DNA from: the human T2T-CHM13v2.0 reference genome, Homo sapiens
NCBI RefSeq assembly: GCF_009914755.1
Contig: NC_060935.1
Direction: 5' to 3' (one strand)
Length of the DNA stretch: 64,000 bases
Of this stretch, positions 55,789 to 64,000 are shown one piece after another (the first letter of the stretch is position 1; every line of letters begins with the position of its first letter). The notes under the pieces were generated by a model. The model did not search any database, was not told where the DNA came from, and worked only from the letters and a program-made list of their open reading frames with translations. Made by a program: the position numbers and the translations under genes.

Positions 55789-56231
55789 TGACAGACTCTC
55801 TCCTAATTCTAGTCGGGCTCCCCTAGGCCCTCAAGACCCCAAACTTGTGTTCTCTCCTTGGCCCATTTAGTCCAGTTTCAGCAAAAATCCTGCCGAATCA
55901 GTTTCATGAAAATCTCCCACCCTTGATATCTGATCAAATTCCTCATCCCCCATGCTCAATATCTTGTCATCCTGCCCTACCTTCAGCAAGAATCCTATCA
56001 AAAGTCTGTTTAGCCTGACCCTCCCTCCTATCTTTGTTATTTTATTTTCCCTTAACAATTTTCGATCCAGTGACCTCCCACCCTGTTCCTTGGCTCTAAG
56101 TCTCCATTTGTCCTTGTATTTGGAATGGAATTAGTTCTGTGTTGAGGTGTCTTTCTCCCTATTGCAATAGTTCCTGAATAAAATTTGCAAATACCATTTT
56201 AACTTCTGTCAGGTTCTGGTTTTCTTTAACA
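55789..56231 (+). mobile_element. MER31-type ERV1 solo LTR
   Basis: TGACAGACTCTCTCC start; CCACCCTTGATATCTGATCAAATTCCTCATCCCCC; TTCAGCAAGAATCCT; AATAAA then TTCTTTAACA end. Confidence 0.8.
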
Positions 56232-58812
56232 CAAACTCCTCCCAGTCTTCTGTATTTCCTTTCATGTCAGGGTCACTGCTAGTCCATATGGTACCTTGGT
56301 ACAAATTAGAAACAAGTGTTTCTTCCTGAAATTTTTTTTTCATCAACAATGAAGAAGATTGTTCAGAATATACTAATTTTGTTAGAACTAAACATTTTAT
56401 TCTCATCTTCCAGAAAATTATCATAATAACCTACAAATGATGTTATCTGCAGTGTGACTATGCTCTTTAAATCTGGCACCTCTGGGCATGCATGACAGGA
56501 GTGCTATATGTTATGTCTTTCACTTGAGTGCTTCTGCTTCTCACTTCCTTCCATATAATTTGCCATCTTTCAAGCCTCAAATTACACCTCAGGCTCTCCA
56601 TGACTATTTCCCTGATGACTTATTCATACACTCCTCAAACATTATTTGAGCACTTATCATGTGCCAGACTCTCATCTATGCACCAGGAATACACAGCAGG
56701 GAATAATGGGCAAAGATAGGCAAGGTTGCTGTTCTCATAGAAAGATGATACACAGATAAACAAATTGTTATATAATAGAAATGGTAGGGGTTCTACCTCA
56801 ACAGTCAATCAGCTCTGGTGCTCATGAAGGGTCTCAGAGAAGCTGATTTCTTCTCCCTCTCTCCCTCAACAGGTGTACCCACACTGATCTCCCATGAGAG
56901 AAACCCCAGCTTTCTGGAACACTTCAGGGTGACTGCATCCCCACAGAAGGAGTGCCCTCTTAGTTCAGGTTTGCACAAGAAATAGATCCCAACCTCTCTG
57001 TACATGGAACATCAGCATTTCTGCAGATGAAGAGAGGTGCCTGTCTGATCTGAATAGCCAGAACACTGGATTAGGAGTGTGACTGGGAGTCAGACCACTT
57101 TCCTACTAGCCTGGAAGGAGAGCTGTGATGGCTCCCTCACTTCCTCCTGAAAAGACCTCAGTGAATTTCACTGAGAGCTTCCCCAGCCACCCTTTTGGCG
57201 GCTGGGACCTCTGCCCACCACCTCTGCCCACCACTGGGGTATTGCATTTACCCATGGCTTTAGCCACAGCTGATTTTTACTCATGGGTACCTCCTACTAG
57301 TCTGAAGCTGGAACTGTTCAATCCAGTGAGTGAAATACCAGAGAAACAAAGTTTTAAAAGTGCACATCACTGGGGAATGAGATAAGTTCCATGAGACCTC
57401 TGCCATTCTAGCTCCACAGGAGACAGTGAACCTGCTCACACACCCAGCACATTGCTACTACCACCAGTATCTGAGAAACCTATCCCACAAAGATTGTCTA
57501 TAACCCAGGAACTCATACAGAGTCTTTGCCACTGAAATTATCCAGAGCTGAAGCAAGGTGACAATAAACTAGAAACACTAAACTCACATACTCAAAGGAA
57601 AAAAAATTTTAAACCCAGTTGAATCAAAATTAACTCAAAAATAATTAGAAGAAGTAGTGTACTCATATGAAAAGGAACCAGAAAACCAATTCTGGCAATA
57701 TGGAAAAAACAGGATTCCATAATACCACCAAATGTCAACTAGCTTTCCAGCAGTGGATACAAACCAAGATGAAACCTTTGAAATCTCAAAGAATTAGTAA
57801 AGTTTATTATCAATTTACTGAAGGACACATAAAAGAAAGAAAACCAACATAAAAAATTTAAAAAACAATTTAAGATGTGAATGAAAAATTTTCTGAAGAG
57901 ATAGATATTTTTTTAAAATGCCAATCAGAACTTCTGGAAAGAACAGACACATTTAGGGAATTACAAAATGCAGTGGAAAGTTTTAACAATAGACTAGACC
58001 AAGTAGAAGAATTAACTTCAGAACCCAAAGACAAGGTTTTTGAGTTAACCTAATCAAACAAAATAAATAAAAAAGAACTAAAGGAAATTAAGTCTCCAGG
58101 AAATACGGGACTGTGTGAAATGACCAAACCTAAGAATTACAGGTGTTCCTAAGGGAGAAGAAAAAGCAAAAAGTTTGGAAAACATATTTGAGGGAATAAT
58201 TGAGGAAAACTTTCTGGGCCTTGCTGGAGATTTAGACATCCAAATTTAAGAAGCTCAAAGAACTTCTAGGAGACTCATTGCAAAATGGACATCACCAAGG
58301 CATACAGTCATCAGGGTATCTAAAGCCAATGTAAAGAAAATAATTCTGAGAGTAGTGAGACAAAAATATGAGCTAACTTATACAGGAAAACCTATTAAGC
58401 TAACAGCTGACTTCTCAGCAGAAACCTTACAAGCCAGAAGAGACTGGAGTCCTATCTTTAGTCTCTTTAAGCAGAGAAACTGTCAGCCAAGAATTTTGTA
58501 TCCAGCAAAACTGTTTCATAAGTGAAAGAGAAGTAAAGTATCTCTCAGACAAGCAAATGCTGAGGGAATTTGTCAATACTAGATCAGTTCTATAAGAAAT
58601 GCTAAAAGGAGTTCTAAATCTTGAAAGAGAAGGTCAATATGCACCAGAATAGAAACTCCTGAAAGCATAATATTCACAAGGCCTATAAACAATAACACAA
58701 TGAAGAAAATAAAGTCAGTAGGTAAAAATCTCATAATGACTGGAACAATATCTCACATCTAAATATTAATGTTGAATGTAAGTGTCCTAAATGGTGTATT
58801 TAAAAATACAGA

Positions 58813-59041
58813 AGGAGATCGAGACCATCCTGGCTAACAAGGTGAAACCCCGTCTCTACTAAAAATACAAAAAATTAGCCAGGCGCGGTGGCGGGTGCCT
58901 GTAGTCCCAGCTACTCAGGAGGCTGAGGCAGGAGAATGGCGTGAACCCGGGAAGCGGAGCTTGCAGTGAGCCGAGATTGCGCCACTGCAGTCCGCAGTCC
59001 GGCCTGGGCGACAGAGCGAGACTCCGTCTCAAAAAAAAAAA
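58813..59041 (+). mobile_element. AluYb8, 5'-truncated (~70 nt), inserted at the start of L1 ORF2
   Basis: CTAACAAGGTG, GGGAAGCGG, GCAGTCCGCAGTCC; TSD AAAAATACAGA at 58802-58812 and 59042-59052; TT/AAAA site. Confidence 0.97.
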
Positions 59042-60850
59042 AAAAATACAGATTGGTAGAATGGATAAAAAAATCACAAACCAAATAGTTGCTGTCTTTG
59101 GGAGATCACACCTAACATGTAAGGATTCTTATAAACTCAAGGTAAAGGGGTAGAAAACATATTTCATGCAAATGGAAACCAAAAGCAAGCAGGAGTAGCT
59201 ATTCTTATATCAGATAAGATAGACTTTAAAGCAAAACAGCAAAAAAAAAAAGACAAAAAAGGTCATTATACAATGATAAAAGGATCAATTCAAAAAGAAG
59301 ATATAATAACCCTAAATATATATGCACCTAACACCATAGCTCCCAGATTCATAAAGCAATTACTATTAGAACTAAGAAAAGAGATAGACACCAATACAAT
59401 AATAGTGGAGGACTTCAACCTTCCACTGACAGCACTGGACAGACTATCAAGACAGAGAGTCAACAAAGAAATACTGAACTTAAACTGCACTCTAGAACAA
59501 ATGGACCTAACAGATATTTACAAAACAATCTACCCAAGAGCTGCAGAATATACATTCTTCTTATCAATGCATGTAACATTCTCCAAGATAGACCACATGA
59601 TAGCCCACAAAATAAGTCTCAATACATTTTCAAAAATTAAAATCATGTCAAGTACTTTCTCAGACCACAGCAGAATAAAACTAGAAATCAATTCCAAAAG
59701 GAACCCTCAAACCTACACAAATACATAGGAATTAAACAATCTGCTCCTGAATGATTTTTGGGTTAACAATGAAATCAAGATAAAAATTAAACATTATTTT
59801 GAATGAATGATAACAATGACACAAGTTACCAAAACCTCTGGGATATAGCAAAAGCAATGCTAAAAGGTAAGTTTATAGTGCTAAATGCCTATATCAAAAA
59901 GTATGAAAGATCACAAATTGACAACCTAACCATCACACTTCAAGGAACTAGGGAAATAAGAACACACCAAACCCAAAGCTGGCAAAAATAAATAAATACA
60001 TAAAATAAAATAAAGATCAGAGCAGAAGTAAATGAAATTAAATCTAAAGATCAATGAAGCAAAATGCTGGTTCTTTGAAAACATAAATAAATTTGATAGA
60101 CCACTAGCTAGATTAACTAAGAAAGAAGATCCAAATAAGCTGAAATGAAAATGGAGAATTACGACTTAAACCACAGAAATACAAAATATCATGTAAGACT
60201 ACTATAAACACCTCTCTGCACAAAAACTAGAAAATATAGAGGAAATGGATAAATTCCTGGAAACATATAACACCCCTAGTTTGAATCAGGAAGAAATAGA
60301 AATCCTGAACAGACCAATAGCAAGCACTGTGGTTGAATAAGTAATTCTTTAAAAAACTCAAAAAAAGAAAAAAGAAAAGCCTAGTGCCAGACTACTTCAC
60401 AGAAAAATTCTATCAGACATTCAAAGAAGAATTGCTACCAATTTTACTGAAAATATTTCAAAAGATTGAGAAGGAGGGACTCCTACCTAACTCATCCTAT
60501 GAAGCCAGAATCACCCTGATAGCTAAGCCAGGAAAGGACGTAACAAAAAAAGAAAACTACGCACCAATATCCCTTATGAATATACATGCAAAAATCCTCA
60601 ACAAAGTACTAGCAAGCCGAATCCAATAGCACATAAAAAAAAATCACCATGATCAAGTGGGTATCATTCCAGGGATGCATGGATGGTTCAACATACACAA
60701 GTCAATAAATGTGATTCATCACACAAACATAATTAAAAACAAAAACCACATTACCATCTCAATAAATGCAGGACAAACATCCACTAAAATTCAGCATCCT
60801 TAATGACTAAAACCCTCAACAAACTAGGCATAGCATAGAAGGAATACACT

Positions 60851-61925
60851 TTATTAAAAAGTCAAAAATAACAGATACTGGTAAGATTGTGGGAAAAAAG
60901 GACCACTTATACACCATTGATGGGAGTGTAAATTAGTTCAAAAACAGTGGAAGACAGTGTGGTGATTCATCAGAGACCTAAAAACATAAACACCATTCAA
61001 CCCAGAATTCCCATTACTAGCTATATATCCAAGGGAATATAAATCATTCCATTATAATGACACATGCACACATATGTTCATTGCAGCACTATTCACAATA
61101 GCAAAGACATGGAATGAACCTAAATGCCCATCAATGGTAGACTGGATAAAGAAAATGTGGTACATATACACCATGAAATATTATGCAGCCATTAAAAAGA
61201 ATAAGATAATGTCCTTTGCAGGAACACGATGCAGCTGGAGGCTATATTCCTTAGCAAACTAGCACACAAACAGAAAACCAAACACTGTATGTTCTCACTT
61301 ATAAGTGGGAGCTCAATGATGAGAACACATGGACACAAAGCAGAGAACAATAGACCTGGAGGCCTACTGGAGGGTGAAGGGTGGAAGGAGGGAGAGAATC
61401 AGGAAAAATAACTACTTGGTGCTATGCCTAATACCTACCTGAGTGATGAAATAATCTGTACAACAAACCCCCACGACATGAGTTTACCTATATAACTGAT
61501 ATGGTTTGGCTGTGTCCCCACCCAAATATCATCTTGAAATATAATCCCTATAATCCCCATGTGTCCAGGGAGAGACCTGGTGGGAGGTGATTGGATCTTG
61601 GGAGCATTTCCCCCATGCTGTTTTCATGATAGTGAGGGAGCTCTCATGAGATCTGATGGTTTTATAAGGGGCTCTTCCTCCTTCATTCCTCACTCTTTTC
61701 TCTCTTGCCTACTGCCATATAACACATGCCTCTTCCCCTTCCACCATGATTGTAAGTTTCCTGAGGCCTCCCTAGACATGTGGAACTGTGAGTCAAATAA
61801 ACTTCTTTCCTTTATAAATTACCGAGTCTCAGGTGTTTCTTTAGAGCAGTGTGAAAATGGACGAATACAATGACAAACCTGCACTTTTACCCCTGAATTA
61901 AAAAGTTAAATAATAGTAATAATAA
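60851..61925 (+). mobile_element. L1PA (older, L1PA13-17-like) 3' end nested inside the L1PB ORF2
   Basis: TTATTAAAAAGTCAAAAATAACAGAT...MFIAALFTIAKTWNEPKCPSMVDWIKKMW...ACAACAAACCCCCACGACATGAGTTTACCTATATAAC; resumes after the THE1D with AAACCTGCAC. Confidence 0.88.
61497..61869 (+). mobile_element. THE1D-like MaLR solo LTR
   Basis: TGATATGGTTTGGCTGTGTCCCCACCCAAAT...GCAGTGTGAAAATGGACGAATACA; 5-bp TSD ATAAC/ATGAC (1 mismatch). Confidence 0.93.
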
Positions 61926-64000
61926 TAATAAAATCCATATATGACAAACCCACAGCTAATATAATATTGAACAGTGAAAAGTCAAAAGTTTTCCCCCTAA
62001 GAACTGAAACCAGACAATGTGGATGCATGCTTTCACCACTTCTATTCAACATAGTACTGGAAGTCCTAACCAGAGCAATCAGGTAAGAGAAAGAAATAAA
62101 GAACACCCAAATTGGAAAAGAGGAAGTCAAACTATTTCTATTTGCTGATAATATGATCTTATACCTATAAAACCCTGAAGACTCTTCCAAAAGACTCCTA
62201 GATCTGATAAATGAATTCAGTAAGGTCTCAGGTTACAAAATCAATATACACAAATCACTAGCACTGCTATATACCATCATTGACCAAGTCGAGAATCAAA
62301 TCAAGAACTCAATCCCTTTTACAATAGCTACAAAAAAAAATCCAGAAATATACTTACCCAAAGAGGTGAAAGATCTCTAAGAGGAGAACTACAAAACACT
62401 GATGAAAGAAATCACAGATGACAGAAACAAATGGAAATATATTCCATGCTATGGATTTGAAGAACTGATATCATAAAAATGGCCATACTTTTCAAAGTAA
62501 CCTACAAATTGAAAGATACTTCTATCAAAATACCAACATCATTTTTCACATAATTAGAAAAAACAATTCTAAAATTCATATGGAACCCAAAAAGACCAAG
62601 TAGCAAAGCAATCTCAAGCAAAAAGAATAAATTTGGAGGCATCACATTACCCAACTTCAAATTATACTACAAGGCTACATTAACCAGAACAGCATGGTAC
62701 TGGTATAAAAGTAGATGCATAGACCAAATGGAACAGAATAGAGAATCCAGAAATAAACCCAAATATTTACAAGCAATTGATCTTTGACAAGGCATACAAA
62801 AACTTAATTTGGAGAAAGGACCCTCTCTTCAATAAATTGTGATGGGAAAATTGGATAGCCACGTGTGGAAGAATGAAACTGCATTTGTTTCTCTCACCAT
62901 ATGCAAAAATCAACTTAAGATAAGTTAAAGACCTAAATCTAAAAGCTAAATCATAAAAATTATAGAAGAAAATTTAGTAAAACTATTGTGGATTTTGGCC
63001 TAGGTGAAGAATTTATAACTAAGACCTGGAAAGCAAATGCAACAACAACAAAAATAAATAAATTGGACCCAGTTAAACTAAGAAGTTTCAGCACCCCAAA
63101 AGAAATAACAGAATAAAAAGGCAACCTACAGAATGAGAGAAAATATTTGCAAATTATTTTTCTGACAAAGGACTAATATTCAGAATCTACAAGAAATGCA
63201 AACAAATTAGCAAGAAAAAAAAACAAATAATCCCATTAAAAAGTGGCCAAAGGACATGGATAAACATTTCTCAAAAGAAGATATACAAGTGGCCAACAAA
63301 CATGTGAAAAAATGTTCAACATCACCAATCATCAGGGAAATGAAAATCAAAACCACAATGACATACCACCTTATCCCAGACCAAATGACCATTATTAAAA
63401 AGTCAAAAACAATGGATATTGCCATGATTGCAATACAAAGGGAACACTTATACACTGCTGGTGGGAAAGCAAATTAGTACAACTTCTATGGAAAGCAGTA
63501 TGGAGATTTCTCAAAGAATTAAAAGTAGATCTACCATTCAACTTAGCAACCCCACTACTGAGGATCTACACAAAGAAAAAGAAGTCACTTTATAAAAAAG
63601 ACACCTGTACACATATGTTTATTACAACACAATTCACAATTGCAAAGATACAGAATCAAACTAAGTGCCCATCAACCAATGAGTGGATAAAGAAAATGTG
63701 ACCATATATATATACACACATACACACCATGGAATATTACTCAGCCATAAAAAGAATAAAATAATGTATTTTGCAGTAACTTTGATGGAACTGGAGGCCA
63801 TTATTCTAAGTGAAGTAACTCAGGAATCAAAAACCAGGTCCTGCATTTTCTCACTTACAAGTGAGAGCTAAGCTATGGGTACACAGAGACATATAGCATG
63901 GTGTAATGGACTTTGGAGACGCAAAATGGGGAGGGTAGGAGAGGAATAAGGGATTTAAAAACTGCCTGTTGTGTACAGTATATACTACTCGGGTGAGGGG

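Larger units (their letters stand above)
56790..64000 (+). mobile_element. Near full-length decayed L1PB-type LINE-1 (5' UTR, ORF1 from ~57667, ORF2 from ~58737, 3' UTR running off the window)
   Basis: ORF2 endonuclease-like peptide IKGSIQKEDIITLNIYAPNT...FSKIDHM (59273-59728); RT-proximal [15 protein letters not shown] (60384-60629); 3' UTR GAAGTAACTCAGGAA...GAGCTAAGCTATGGGTAC; many stops and frameshifts; 5' boundary approximate. Confidence 0.92.

Noticed and set aside
59273-59728. 151-aa ORF with L1 endonuclease similarity
   Set aside because: Fragment of a decayed L1PB ORF2 surrounded by stops, frameshifts and insertions; not an intact gene

Overview
Mammalian non-coding DNA, almost certainly human (two AluYb8 elements carry the diagnostic GCAGTCC duplication). 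I recognise no protein-coding exon, RNA gene or CpG-island promoter, so this reads as intergenic or deep-intronic sequence; I cannot name the locus. Much of the window is transposon-derived: about 11 Alus or Alu fragments, several decayed L1s (including a near full-length L1PB-type element from ~56.8 kb that hosts a nested L1PA 3' end, a THE1D LTR and an AluYb8), many L2/MIR relics, MLT1/MER31/THE1 LTRs, and Charlie1, MER102 and Tigger2-type DNA transposons. The ORFs in the track are repeat-derived or chance. I found no evidence for a new biological system. The most interesting signals are mechanistic scars: a fold-back palindrome in an AT microsatellite, a patchwork templated insertion inside a Tigger2 element, a tail-less and TSD-less AluY, a tail-less Alu 5' fragment with a TSD, a local L1 duplication and two young AluYb8 insertions. 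Several repeat-free, motif-dense islands may be enhancers. Repeat subfamily calls come from recalled consensus sequences, and boundaries of old repeats are approximate.
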